This document shows positions 50,201 to 63,630 of a stretch of 64,000 nucleotides of DNA, piece after piece. The position numbers and the translations under genes are program-made. The notes beneath the pieces were generated by a model that did not search any database, was not told the DNA's origin, and saw nothing but the letters and a program-made list of their open reading frames with translations. Source of the DNA: Camelus ferus (lineage: Eukaryota); NCBI RefSeq assembly GCF_009834535.1, contig NC_045696.1:48114001-48178000 (forward strand), given 5' to 3'. The number at the start of each line of letters is the position of its first letter. The stretch's first letter is position 1.

Positions 50201-52989
50201 TATACTGTCCTGTGTGGTTAAAGACCCAGTGAATGGTAGAGACACTAGACACTACAGAGGACCATACAAGACAGTCTATACTCAAGATGTCAGAGTTGGC
50301 TAAAGATTTTCTTCTACCTTCTCTTTTTCCCTTTCCACCACAAGTAATGTCTACCTTTGATACGTCAAAAATAGGTTGTTGTCCAGAGCCTCCATGAAGA
50401 CTGCCAGTATGTTGATGGCAATGCTCTCCTGCATTCAGACCAACACATCTGAGCAACCCTGGTTTAGAATATAAGATGAAATTATTGTAGTTACAATATG
50501 CAGTTTCCAGATGTAGAGCTCATTCCTTATCATGTCGTATTTACTATCTTCTGCCTTGGCAGTTTCCCCAGCAGGTTTATACCAGAGCTTGCTCAGCCAC
50601 TCCTTTTGCAGCGGCAGAGGTGCTGCTGTGTACGACACCCATGGTGTCTTGACTTCAGCTATCATGTGACTCTCTTGAACTTAGGAAATATTCTGCGGGT
50701 GAGTAAAGTTGTTGATAGGCTCGCCAGTGCTGCTGCAGGGAAGTTGAAGTAATTTCCCATAGCATTGTACTAAATGCTGTTTTTACTGAAGTAAGCAAAC
50801 AGTTAATAGGATTAAACTGGATTCTTTATTCTGTCAGGAGAAATTATCATAATTCTATAAACTAGCATTTGTATTCAGGCTGATACTAGCATGCTCTTCC
50901 ACAGTGTGCAGGAGATCGTGCTTTCAAAAGAGCGAGGGAGACATGCCTCTCGGGGAGGGTGCCAGATTCATCAACCTTTGTTGAAACGCATTATAAGCTT
51001 TCCTTTCATTTTTGGCTCTAACAATTCACTCCATTATTATTTAATCACATTTCAGATTCATCTTGCTCTAAGTAACCCGTAAAGATAAGTTGTGAAACTT
51101 ACGAGAGATGATTCCTTACTTTGCATAAATATTGCTATACAGTGTCTTTAAAGACTTTATTGAAAATAGAATTCTCTTTGTAAAGACGTCTGTTTTGATA
51201 TCTTAGTGGGAATACTGTCCGTCCTTGACATACCAGTGATACACGTATATGAATTGGTGTCCACCGCTTCCGGAGCCACGGGGGAGGGTACCAAAGTAGG
51301 CAGGAGCCCCGCTCGCTCTTTCACTCTTGTCTTTGCTGCTGGATTCCACGTTGGATCTTCTTGATCCCTACAGATCATCATCCCCTTGCAGGCTCCCTGT
51401 GTGTGTGCGCGCGCGCGCGCACAGAATGTCTGTCTTTCTCTCTCACTTGAATGTAAACTCCATGAGGCTAGGGTCTGTGAATGGTTTTGCTGATGGTGGT
51501 GCCCCTAGAACCTAGTCCAGTACCTGGTACATGGAAGATATTCAGTAGAGTTCTGTTAGTTTATTTGTTTACTCATTCAGTCATTTATTCTGTAATTTAT
51601 CAAGCATGTATTGAGGGCCTTTTATAAGACATTCACTGGTCTAGACATTGGAGTTAAATGAGGTATTAAAATATGTGTGTGTTTATTTGTGTGTATACGT
51701 TTTTTTACAGCTCCGGATCCAGGTGCTTCCGAGGAGTCTGTAGCGTTGATCCCAAAGGCCACAGTGTAGGAACATCTGGTAGTTCCAGTCACCGAAGGAG
51801 TTGTTCTCACTGTTACTGTGTAGGTGAGGGAGCCTCTTTCTGGGACACGTGTGGATAGTTGTTGCATTGGAAAGTTAAATGTATTTTTAGAATCTGATTT
51901 TAAAATATAAATAAGTCCCTTTTTTAGAGATAACATTTAATATTGCACTTAAATATTTTAAGTCTAGTAGTAACTGGGTAAGCTAGCAACATTGACTCTC
52001 CAAAGAGAGTCCCAGGTATGGTTGTAGAAGCAAAGAGACACAGAAGTCAGAACTGGGGCACACGGGAGCTGTGGAAGGGATTGGAGAGGATCTGGTCAGA
52101 GCATCCACAGTGTCCCACTAGAACTCGTGGTATTATTACAGAAATGTATGGCAGGGGTGAGGAGAAAACGGACTTATCTCTGTCTTTAATATAGGGGCCC
52201 AGAGAAGTTTAATTTAGTTAATAAATGGAACATAGCCTTTTTCTGATACTTCAAGAGAAATATTTGCTACACTAAACTGCTAGAACTCAACTGATTTATC
52301 AAACGGAGATTGCTTTTCTGTTTTGTAAAGTGAGACTCACCTGTAACAGTTTGCATGTTTACAGTAGTACTTTACTAACTGGAATAGTGAAAAGTCCCTT
52401 CTTTCCTCCTTGCTATCACCACCTAGAGGTAGGAATTCATTGCCCTAGATGAACAGTCTGTAATACGTAGGAGCAGATTTTCTTTTCTATGCCTCATTCT
52501 AATGGTGTTTGATGAAATTTGCTTTTGCACAGCAGGCATCAAAATAACTGAACACTCTGACTTATTCAGTAAAAAATTCAGGCAGGAGGTTGTTTGGTGT
52601 AAGGGGATAAGCCCTTGTCATGCAAGATATGTATTCTCTGAGAATAGGAACACAGTAGAAGTGTAAACCTGTTAACACAGTGTTTGAATGTTCTTTGGAG
52701 CAGAAGCCACTAAGGTGACAATTAGTTGTAAACAAACTGGGTATTTAACTGGAAAAGGAGCCTGCAATTTAGTGTTTGCAAGATAAAAGCTGTTCTTCCT
52801 TGCTAAACTAAAGAATGTTGTCAACTGTGCAATTCCTTTTAAGTTTTCACCAGGGTTATTAATGATCAACACACCTGCCTGCTCTCTTTATTGGGTACCT
52901 TAGGCATTATGTGGGAGAGAAAAGAAGTGGAGAGCCCAGTTTCTGCTGCTAAAAAACCCACAGTACAGGTGAGGACAAACATTATGGAC

Positions 52990-53220
52990 AACATAGATCA
53001 TCAATTATTTGGTGGGTCTCTGCTCTGTGCCAGGCATTGTACTAGATGCTTTACTCCCAGGATCTAATTTAATCCTCACCACAGATCTACAAAGTAGGAA
53101 TTATGATTCTCATTTTAAAAATGAGGGCACTGAGGCTCAGAGAGACCAAATGATTTGGTTATGGTAAAACAACTTGTTAGTGTTCTATTAAGGATTAACA
53201 TCTGAACCCAAGCTGTCTTT
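52990..53220 (-). mobile_element. MIR SINE
   Basis: gctctgtgccaggcattgtactagatgcttt...tttaatcctcacc...ctcattttaaaaatgagggcactgaggctcagaga. Confidence 0.85.
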
Positions 53221-54369
53221 TTACTAAACTAAGCTGCTTGTTAAGAACAGTGTCAAAAAGTTTAAAATCCAGATTGATCTGAGACTAGAATAACCATGCA
53301 AAATGCATTTTTAAAAAGCTGAGTTTGAGGCAAAGGATCAATAAGTAACAGTGTGTTGATTAGGGCCAACATTACAATATTGATGAGTAATATAAAGAAG
53401 CAGAAACCCTCAACTTTTGTTTTGCTTTTGTCTTCTCTGTCAAATATACTGATCTTCAAACCATAAGAGGGTAAAACAAATATTGGTTACAGGGGAATTT
53501 AAATCTATGTGGGTGAAGATATTATGAGACAGCACCTAACAGATCTAAATGAGCTCAGGCCTCCTTCTAGATGAAATGCGCCCTTGAAGGCTAGGGCAAT
53601 CTCAAGCAGATCGATGCTCCTGTTACATTCTCTCATAGCACCCTGTAAGACAGTGCATGTTATGATTTGTAAGTATATATTTGCTGCTAGTTATTCCAAT
53701 GATTACTTTTCTATCCAAACTCCCAAGTGCTATGTCTGTTGGTCTCCTTGCTGTTCCCCTGGTGGCTGGTACAGTGCCTGAGACGTAGCTGGGACTTCGT
53801 ACACCTTCACAGAATAAAGGGGTTTATTGGGTCCTTGCAGATGACCTCTGAGGAGTCAGTAGGAACTGAAGAGGATGGCGACACTTTGATTTTGAAAAAG
53901 GATGTTGATGGCAAATAGGGGCACTTTTGATAAGAAGTCACTATCTGGTGGTAGCCCAGAGGACAATTAAAACTGGCAAGACTCTATTGACTGGTAACAG
54001 AAAAAGTTATTGAATCTGAATACTTTTAGGGGATATGTATTCTATAGTTTATCATAGTTTCTACCTTCTCTGCGATGCTCCCAAATTTTATTCTCAGTTA
54101 ATTCTTGGAAGCATTTGTGCTTTAGAGTCCAGCAGATACTTGACACGAATTCTATGCGGCATTCGAAAATTCATCATTGCAAAGATGAATGGTTTGTAAA
54201 TAACGGAGAGAAAAGAGTGAGCTCTAAGCCATGGGACAAAATATTTTGAACTAACTCCTTTCTTTGATGGATAACCAAAAAAATGCAGTAAATTTGGGAC
54301 AGTGGAAAGCTAACAGATTCTTTCTGCACTGTGTCCTATTCAATGTGTTTATCAGTAATTGATGACATT

Positions 54370-54590
54370 GGGATAAATTAGGAATTTAGGATTAGCAGAT
54401 ACAAACTACTATATATAAAATAGATAAACAACAAGGTCCTACTGTATAGCTCAGGGAACTATATTCAATATCCTATAATAAAACATAATGGAAAAGAATA
54501 TGAAAAAGGATATATATGTATAACTGAACCACTTTTCTGTACCCTGGAAATTAAAACAACATTGTAAATCAACTATACTTTGAAAAACAT
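54370..54590 (+). mobile_element. 5'-truncated L1 3' end (cetartiodactyl type)
   Basis: gggataaattaggaatttaggattagcagatacaaactactatatataaaatagataaacaacaaggtcctactgtatagc is homologous to 15735-15950. No clear TSD. Confidence 0.85.
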
Positions 54591-55859
54591 CAGAAAAATT
54601 TGATAGTGTTTATAAATCACATCCACATGGAATTTTCCAGCATCTTTCCAAAAAATATAACTAGGTGTCCATTTTTTAATTAATTAATTTTAGTTGGTAG
54701 TTTTAGACTTTCTATTTCTGTAGTTGAAGATACTGTGCTCTTATCAGAATCCAGGATAACATTCATGATCTAATATTAAGTGATTGGGGCAATGAGTTTC
54801 TTAAAACAGGATAAAGATAGAACTTAACCTCCCACAAAAAGATGTCTTAAAAAATAAAACAACTCTCCTACATAAAATATGGACATGTTTAAAAATTTCC
54901 CTACATTATCACAACCATTCTTACTCCTACTCAGTTTTCCCCATTCAGTCTGTTTAAGAATAGTTTAGAGCATCTTAGGTGCCAAAGCAAAAGGATGTAT
55001 ATTTCCTCATCTTTTTGCCACATTCTGTATAAAAATAGCATACAGAGGAGGAGATGCTGATGATCTAATCAGTGCGTGTGGTTCTAATTCCACTGTAGTA
55101 TAAATTTGATGATTCTGTTGGTATTGTATACAGACCTTTGAAAGGCACTGGTCTGTGCGATCTTGAGAAACTCATGTCTGTGAGCCTTTTCCTCCTTGGG
55201 AAACATGGAGTTAATATTGCTGACCTTAAAGGGTCCTTGTGAGGATGATGTGAGAGTGTATGTATCAGCTACCTTATACTGAATGCTTGCGATGTGCCAG
55301 CACTGTGCTAAGCTTATTAGATACATTATTTTGTGTATAACCCAAAGTAAATCAGAATATTTTAGGCCCCTCGAGTTCTAGGAAAAATTAAATCTCTAAA
55401 TCCAAAATCCTTCTAAGATTCTGATCATTTCCAAGGAGCTCGTTTTCTAAGGACTAACTCAGCCTGTTGGCTCTTTCATTGCTTGATACCAACTATGTTT
55501 GAAAGAGTGACAGTTCCTTTTTCAGGGTGGTTTTTTTTTTGTTTTGTTTTGTTTTGTTTTTTTTGTCAGAGATCACTCGCTGATCTCTGAGTTTAGGATA
55601 TGATACTGATGGTTTCGTAGTGTCATGGGAAAGAGTTACATAATGTGTGGCACAAAATGTCACCTTTTTGCTGACTACTGCCCATTATTTTTCTCCCCTG
55701 TCCCCTTCTTTTTACTTTCTTTCTTAGATTTTTCTGGAAACTTTAAATTAATTGTCTTCTATCATACAATAGTAGTTACCTTTTTTTTCGAAGTTTTGAT
55801 ATCTGATATCCAGGCTCTAGAGATCCCACTTTCTATACCATCGTTTACCAAGATAATTT

Positions 55860-58700
55860 TTTTCTAAAAAAGCAATTCTACTTTTATCAGTGTATTGCAT
55901 TCACATAGTTAAAAGTCAAATAGGACTAAAGGGTGTATTTCGAATAAAATATAGATTCCTGTCCCATTCTTCCTCATTCTCATGTTTTGCTCCCCTCGGG
56001 TATCAGCTTCAGCTCTCTTCCAGATTTTTTCTTCAGATTTTCAGCATCTTTATAAGTATGTATATTTGTACTACAGTTTTTAACTTTCTAATCTTACTGT
56101 TTTTAGATTTCTTATTTTGGTAATTCAAGATTTATCACTCTTAGTACATCCCCCTTCACATATACACATGTGTTTTCTCAATATACTTTAGCATATATTT
56201 AATTAACTTGGTACTCAGTTTCCACATTATTGACTAAATATTATTTACTACTGAGCCTAGTAGTATACTATATCTCTTTTTTTCTCAAATTTACTCTGTA
56301 TTTTACAATTTTTAATTATTGCTTGTATTTCGCCGTTTTCTGTTTTTCCAAAAGCTCCAAATAGAGCTCCCAAACACTTATTAATATTTTTCAAATGTTA
56401 AAATATGAGATGATAAGTCAATTTCTTGAAAACAAACTTTTTTTGTACTTGAAAGCCTCCCCTCCGTTTCTCCGTCATCTTTCTCCAGTCTCAGCTGGTT
56501 GCTCTGTAGGGCTCTTGACCAGATGTCACCCTGAACTCCCTTCATTCTTCTCCAGTGCTTGATCCTGTGTCTGGGGTGCCATGTGTTCCTCCTTTTAGAT
56601 TTATTCCCTTATTTTGCTGGAGTTCATCTTCCAGCATTTCTTTAAGAAAGGGTGATGGCAGTTTATTTGAATCCTTGCATGTCTGAAAATGTTTTTATTC
56701 TACTCTCACATTTGATTGATATTTGGTAGAACAGTGTACATCTCTCAGGTGATTGGAAGAATGGCCATTGAGTATCTGCCAAACATTTTCCTTACAATGC
56801 CCTACTTTGTGAATTCTGTCTCTACAAGGTACAATCCAGAATATTCCTTTCACCAGCCTCCTTTGCAGTAATGGTGCATTTATGTGAGTTTATCCTGTCA
56901 GATAAACCAGTACAGGATTCCATTCAGAAGCAAGTAACTTGAGTTTTATTCCTATAATAATCGTTTTTGCAGCCTTTTCCTGGTGAATGGTTCAGAGGCA
57001 TGTGGTTTTCAGGGGCTTAGTGTCACTGGTGCTCGTGGCAGGAGAAGTTGTAGTGAATTCCAGTGCATGGTAGATGGAGGGATAAAATAAAATGGTTTTC
57101 CTGTTGGGGGGTTCTGCAGTGTGGTTCTAGGCAATGGAACCCTAATCTCAAGCTTGCTTCTCCAGCCCTCCCACTGATTCAGTGAGCTATCCATTATCCT
57201 TTAAAAAACTCATTTTTTTTTTTAGCTTACAGGGTAAATTCTCTTGTTTTCAACGAAGACTGATAACAGTTAGTATGGAATACTAAACTGAGAATAATTT
57301 TGCATAAAAAATTGAGAGGTTTAGCTTCACTGTCATTGAATATCTAGTGTTGCTGATGCTGTGTGATGCTTATTATTTTATAAGGGCTTTGTGTGTGCAT
57401 GTGTGTGTGCGCGTGTGTATTGTGTTGTAAGATTTCATAATCTTCCCTTACCTCTAGATAAAATTTCTAATGTTGTCTCTTATTTATTGTTCTGGGCATT
57501 CCTGAGCACGCACTTTCTGGAAAATTGATTCAGTTCAAGAAAACCTAAAATTATTTCTTTAATAATGTCTGTATTCAGGATTTCTGGAATTCCTATTAGA
57601 ATGTTAGAAAGCAGGGTGCAATTCTCTTATTTTGTTATTATGTCTTTCCCATAGCTTCTGTCTCTGCTTTTGATTAAAAGTAGTCAATTATAATATCTTT
57701 AATTTTCAGGAGTGCTTTTTTTTTTTTTTAACCCTAGAGCAGTCATTTTTTCACTGCATCATCTTCTAGTTTGACAGAAAGAATTATGTCTCTGAACATC
57801 TTGTGTGTTGTGTTTTCTTCTTTACTGCCTTTTAACCTTTTTAAAAATTTATTTGTTTGTTTTGATCTTTAACTTTGGTTACTTTACTCAAATGCCCAGT
57901 AACCTTTAACATCCCATTTGTATTTAAAAGTTTGTCACTAAAATTCTGATCAGAAGTTCTGTTTAAGGGTAGATGGACTTGTCGTTTGATGGCCTCCGAT
58001 ACAAAGACTGTTATTTCATTGAGTGTCACCAAAAGGTCAGTGTGTGAGACTGTTTAGCTCCTCTAAACAAACATCCTCTAGTTTTCTTCCTGATGAGGAT
58101 TGATTTTGAAGAGTCCTGTAGTTCACTATATGAACTTATACATATAAGTCCCTGCTTTTCAGTATGAGTCCCCCCTCCCCCCTTTTTCATGTGTCTATTC
58201 CCACATTAGGAGCCTTACTGACTCCATTTCTCAAGAGGAAAAACATATCCCCTCTCTCACAGAGCTGGGTTGAGAGTAAGTTGCCTGGCTGCACAGAGTG
58301 AAAAAGAGAACCTGGGTGGCAAGCTCTCCGTGCCTGCCAGCTTACTGTGAGTGTAGATTTTTTTTAACCATTTCTCTTTGTTCACCCCACCCTTCTGGTT
58401 TTAGTCTGACAGATTTCAAAGGCTGAGCTTCCAGGTGTTTCGTCGGGTAAACTGGCTAGTTTCCCCTTTGGTACCCTCTGACCTTGATGGAGGCTTCAGC
58501 TTCTTGTATTCCAATATGTCAGTTGCGCCTCCTCCATCATTTTTTATCTCTCAAATATTTGTTCCAGTAATTACTTTCACTGTTGTCTCCTCTCCATTCT
58601 CAATATTATGGGTTACTGACATGCTAGTTTCTCAACTGTTATTTTGGTATAATTTTGGGAGGATTAAGAAGTAAAAACATGAGGTAATCCTACATGTAAT
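55860..58700 (-). mobile_element. Highly decayed old L1 (L1ME-like) region, with a probable MLT1 LTR inside (about 56770-57270)
   Basis: T-rich antisense L1 motifs such as ccttgcatgtctgaaaatgtttttattctactctcacatttgattgat and ttctggaattcctattagaatgttag. The inner block cctttcaccagcctcctttgcagt...ttctcttgttttcaacgaagactgata is MLT1-like. Confidence 0.5.
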
Positions 58701-59147
58701 CAAATATTCTTTTCAATTTTTCCAAACAATGGCATAAGGAGTAAGGTGTCAGCTATTAAAATAATAATAATAATGTGATCAGCTCATTACTATGAAGGCA
58801 ATATACTGTCTCCTTAACACTTGATAAAATGAGATTCAAAGCGGTTAATTAACTTGTTCAGAGTTTTATCTACTTAGTAGGTAGCAGAGCACAAATTCAA
58901 ATCCAGACCAGTCTGATTCTGAAGGCCATGCTGTAACTATTAAACATCTCTTCCTTTATTGAATACCTGACACATCACAGGTTCTCAGTGACGGCAACTA
59001 TTGGTAATGCGTAGTATTCATTGTTTTCGATAGATGCCGTTTCTAGAGTGATTGGGGTAATAGGACCATCCTAAAACACAGTATCTAGAATTTTTTCAGT
59101 CTGACAGGAGTAAGTAACATAATTAGCATTTTAAAACTTATTGTGAT

Positions 59148-59630
59148 CTGTAGAATAATGCCCCCCTTCCATCTCCCAATGATGTCCAAATCCCAGTTCT
59201 AGAAACCATGAACATTTAGGTTGTATGGCAAAGGGGATTAAGGCTGCAGATGGAATTATAGTAACCACTAAGCTGACTTTGAAATATCTTGGTAGATCCA
59301 GTGTAATCACAGAGTTCTTATAAGTGGAAGAGGGAGACAGAAGAGATAAGAGTCAGGATGGTGCATGAGAAAGACTGACCTTAATGATCCTAGCTTTGAA
59401 CACGGAGGGATGGGGCTGTGAGCTGAGGACTGCGGGTAGTCTCTGGAAGCTGGAAAAGGCAAGGAAATTGTCTCTTCCATAATGTCTGTAGAAGAAACGA
59501 AGCCCTATTAACACTTGGAGACTCATTTCAGATTTCTCATCTCCAGAACTGTAAGATAATTTTTTTCTTGTTTTAAGCAACTTTATTTATGGTGATTTGT
59601 TATAGTAGCAGCAGTAAGAAATGAACACAT
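59148..59630 (+). mobile_element. MaLR solo LTR (MLT1D-like)
   Basis: agaataatgcccccc...atggcaaaggggattaaggctgcagatggaatt...tctctggaagctggaaaaggcaaggaaa...ctccagaactgtaagataa...tttgttatagtagcagcagtaagaaa. Confidence 0.88.
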
Positions 59631-60124
59631 TTATTAAATAAAATAAAAGTGTATGTGTGTGTATATGTGTGTGTATGTAGCTTACAAGAGGAAAAAGATG
59701 GTAACTGTTCACTTGAGAGGACTGGGCAAAGGGGCATGATGTGGTTTAACAGCAACCCCAGAGATGGCTGGCAGCTGGGAGAGGAAGGAGTGATTGGAGC
59801 TGCAAAGGCACCACTCAGTGATCAGGGTGGTAGGGAATTTATTTTCACCTCGGACACAGGCAGGACAGTGACTCTTTTTGCCCCAAGGAATTTAAAATGC
59901 CCTTAGTTTTGTTAGAGTGTGCAGAGTGTAGGCTCTGTCACAGGACAGTAGGTTAGGGAGAGCTGAGACATGAACAAGCAGAAGCCAGTCTTGGTGGAAT
60001 GAGAGAGTTAGGAGCTGGTGTTGTTTTCTGCATAGTGGGGGTGGGGGGCAAATCTCCATAGTGTCACGTAATAAACACTGTTCCTAAAATGGCCTTTTAT
60101 TTATTCTAGACTTAGGGGCTAGAG

Positions 60125-60440
60125 GAGGTCAGGTGGGAGGCAATCACAGTAGCACAAGCGGGGAAGTGAGGCAGAGAAGGGAAGGAAGCCAGTACTCTAA
60201 TGAGAAGATTACCACCACGACACAGCAGGGCTTAGTCCTATCGAGCCCCTCTGGAAGTCAGTACAGGGCACACCTCTCTCTGTCAGTGTTGAAGGCTGCT
60301 CTAGGGACATCACCCTTCTGCCACCTCTGGACTCCCCTGTACATGGGGTGAGCATTCTTTGGCAAGTAGATAAAGTCCTCTATTAAGAGCTGCAAATGCT
60401 TCAAGTAAGAAGCTCACAGCAGGTATAGGAATGGTGGATG
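60125..60440 (-). mobile_element. LTR16-like ERVL LTR fragment
   Basis: gggaagtgaggcagagaagggaaggaagccag...attaccacc...gtacagggcacacctc matches the recalled antisense LTR16 sequence. Confidence 0.5.
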
Positions 60441-63399
60441 CTCTGCTTTCCTACCTACCATGACACAGACAGTATGGCATGTAAGGCATAAGAGTCTATG
60501 AGATACCTGGACTCTAGGTACCAGTGAGATCTAGAAGGAGAACCGGATTGGCCACAGTGGAAACAGTTTTTCTTGGCCACACTGATTAGCAGTCAGTGGA
60601 GAAGAGGGATTAGAAATTGACATACAATGAAGAGGGATTAGAGTCTGATATTAAAAAAACTCTTTATGTTCACATTGCATAGCAATATTAACTCTATAGG
60701 AATCTATATACGGAGATGTAGCTACATGGACTCAAACCTAAGTATTGAAGCCAGTATGTAGGTGCCCAAATGAGACAAGATAAATTGCACCAAGTGTGCA
60801 TTCCAACAAGGTTTATTGCATTATGCGTGTATCACACATTGCATTTTACTTTCCTTTCCTAAATGCACAAAAAAATCAAAGTGTTAGGAGGCACCCTTCC
60901 CAAAGTATGTGTATTGCAAGTGCGCAATATGTGGTTGAGAACAGAGTCAAGGAATTGGTTGTACCCACCTTCCTTCCTTGAAGGTAGAGCAGTTGGAAGT
61001 ATCATCTTCATGCACTAAGAACTACCATTAAAGTAATGGCAGTCTCAGACTGTGTGAGTTCACAGCAGGCTTAACTAACCATGGCAGATGTAATGGCTCA
61101 GAAATGAATGATGTAGAAAAAATAAGTCAAAAAACAAACATTTGGACATAACTTGTATTTGAAGACTATAGTCATTTATATACCAAGATCTGGCAAAATG
61201 AAGAAGGAAAACTGTTCCTTTCTGCATGTTGTATTTTCTGATCTCTTAAGAAAGAAGCCTTAAAAAGAAAAAAAATCAAGAGCTGTAGCTTTGGAACCAG
61301 ATGATGGTTCAGATGCTTTTATTCTAGTATTTATTAGCTGTGATCTTGACCAAGATATTTGAGTCCCAATTGTTTCATCTGTCAAATAGGGGTGATACCT
61401 TCTTCAGGTAGTTTTAGTGAGGGGGAATTGGATTCATACATAAAGCTTCTCTTTATTGTAGACTTTGAGTTGAGTGTTCCTCATTTCTGCCTGTGTAGTT
61501 CTGGATTTTCTCAGATTAGAGGATATTTTTGTCATTGTGAGTAAGTTCAAAATTGTTTACTGATGCTCTTTTGAGTTATAGGTACTCTACTGGCACTTCC
61601 AAAAAAGAATGGAACACAGATCCTGTCTTTGAGGCATTCAAAATATAGTGGAGGTATAGACAATAAATCACTACAGTGGAAGTGTGTACAGAGTATTAAA
61701 GGAGCTCAAATAAAGAGGTAATTGCTTCTCCCAGGGAAATGGATGGGAAAAGAGGATGCCAAGGAGAGGCCGTAATATTTGAGCTGTACCTTGAAGAGTA
61801 AGTAAGGTTGTTTATTTTAAAAGGGATAAGAGAGAGAATACTCCAAGCAGAAGGACCATCTTAGGAACTGTGTTTCAAGCACCTTTGTGTGCAGCAGTCG
61901 AGAAAGCCAACATTTGGTTTTCATTAACTGTTACATGGTTGACTTGACTGATCTTTTTGCTGAATATCAGTTTGAATTTATTTGGACTATACAGAAAGTT
62001 ACACCAATTCAGAGACCCAACTTCAAACAAGTTTAACCATCTAGAATTAGCCACAGAATAGAAAATAGTGAAGAACTTATAGAAAACCTCTGAGTATGGA
62101 AAGAACTATCACAGATTCTGTGGGCCTAATTTTACATTTATTTTTAAATTACAGAAAATACACAAGTATAGATTATCAAAATTTAAGGATTTAGAGTAAA
62201 AAAAAGAAAGCTTAGATTTTTGACTAAATATGGTAGATTTTTGGCTGAGTGGAGCACATACATGTTAACCCATGCTTCCTCCTAAAACCCCAATAACAGG
62301 GCAGTAAGGTGATTCTTTTTAAAGTTGTAAATCCACAGTGGCAAGGAAGAGCACTGAGGAGATGACAACACAGTAGATGGATGAAAGCTGAAATCAGCAG
62401 ACCAAAGGAATGGAGATCTGGACTGGGTAGGGGTGAAGCCCAGTAGCCAGGCAGTTTGGGCCATGTGGAGATATGAGGCATCTCTGAAACTGGGAGTGAG
62501 TACGACAGAAAAGCGGGATTATTATTATTATTACTAGCTAGACTGTTTAAGAAATGGATCCCTAGATTTCCTCCTTCAGCTGACGCTGTCAGGAACCCAC
62601 TGCCCCCTTCCTCTGAGTGCAAGCAGGTGGATTTTCTGGAGAGGTGTAGTCAGTGATTTAGGGACATGAGGCATGGACGTTTCAGAGTCTGGGAGGAAGG
62701 TGTGACTGAGTGTGTGGGAAGAGGATTAGAGGACTGTGGAATGTATGTCTTTTAAGCCTTGTAGAAATTGTTTATTTTAACAACATAAATAGCTTTGTTA
62801 AAAAAAAAATTAAAGTGATTTCTCCTCTCTCCTCACTGTAGGACTTAACAATTAAAAGATTCTCTCAGGCTGTCACATGGAATCCAGTATATTTTGGGTC
62901 CATATGAATATTACAGTGTGATTTATATTCCAGTGTTACTTCAGTATTCTGGAGAGAAGGGAAGAATTTGTATGATAAGAAAGAGATACATGAAAAATTA
63001 TTTTTTCTTTTTACCATTTTATTATGGTAGATTTTTTCAATAAAATATCAAAATCATCAAAATACAATTTATTACCAGCAGTGTTCTGATTCCTGGTGTG
63101 AGACGTCTTAGAATAGAACCAGAGGTTTTAAAAGTTTCATCCTATCTCTGATTCAGTCTCCAGCAAATAGCTCTATGACTTATACTCAATTTACTGTCAG
63201 ATGTAAATAAGATTTGCATCTTGTTTGGTCAAACATGTAACAACGTTGATTTAGTGCCCACCAGTGAGCTGAGCAGTGAACAGATCCTTCCCTGCAAATG
63301 ATGACATCTTATCCTGAGGCCTAAAATGGAGTGTCTTCTTATAACCAAAGTGTTTCTTACGCTAAAGATGAACTTGACATATTGAATGTATGACTGAGA

Positions 63400-63630
63400 A
63401 TAATGTATGACCGAGAAAAATCCGAGAATTTTTACCTCCAAATCAATGAGTGTTGTTCTTTTCAAAGTATTCACTTTGGAAAATTAGATACCAATAGTAA
63501 GTCATGCTGTTTTAGTTCTTTCTTTGAATTTCCTTCTTTTGGAACCTGAAGAATGGTTTTTAGCCCTATCCTGAGAATAGACCAAGAGCATTTGAAGCTA
63601 AGCCTAATGAATGTTTGTTAGATAAGAAAG
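63400..63630. mobile_element. Mariner-type fossil (MARNA-like)
   Basis: gaaaaatccgagaattt...ttcttttcaaagtattcactttgg...catgctg resembles the MARNA consensus as recalled. Confidence 0.4.
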
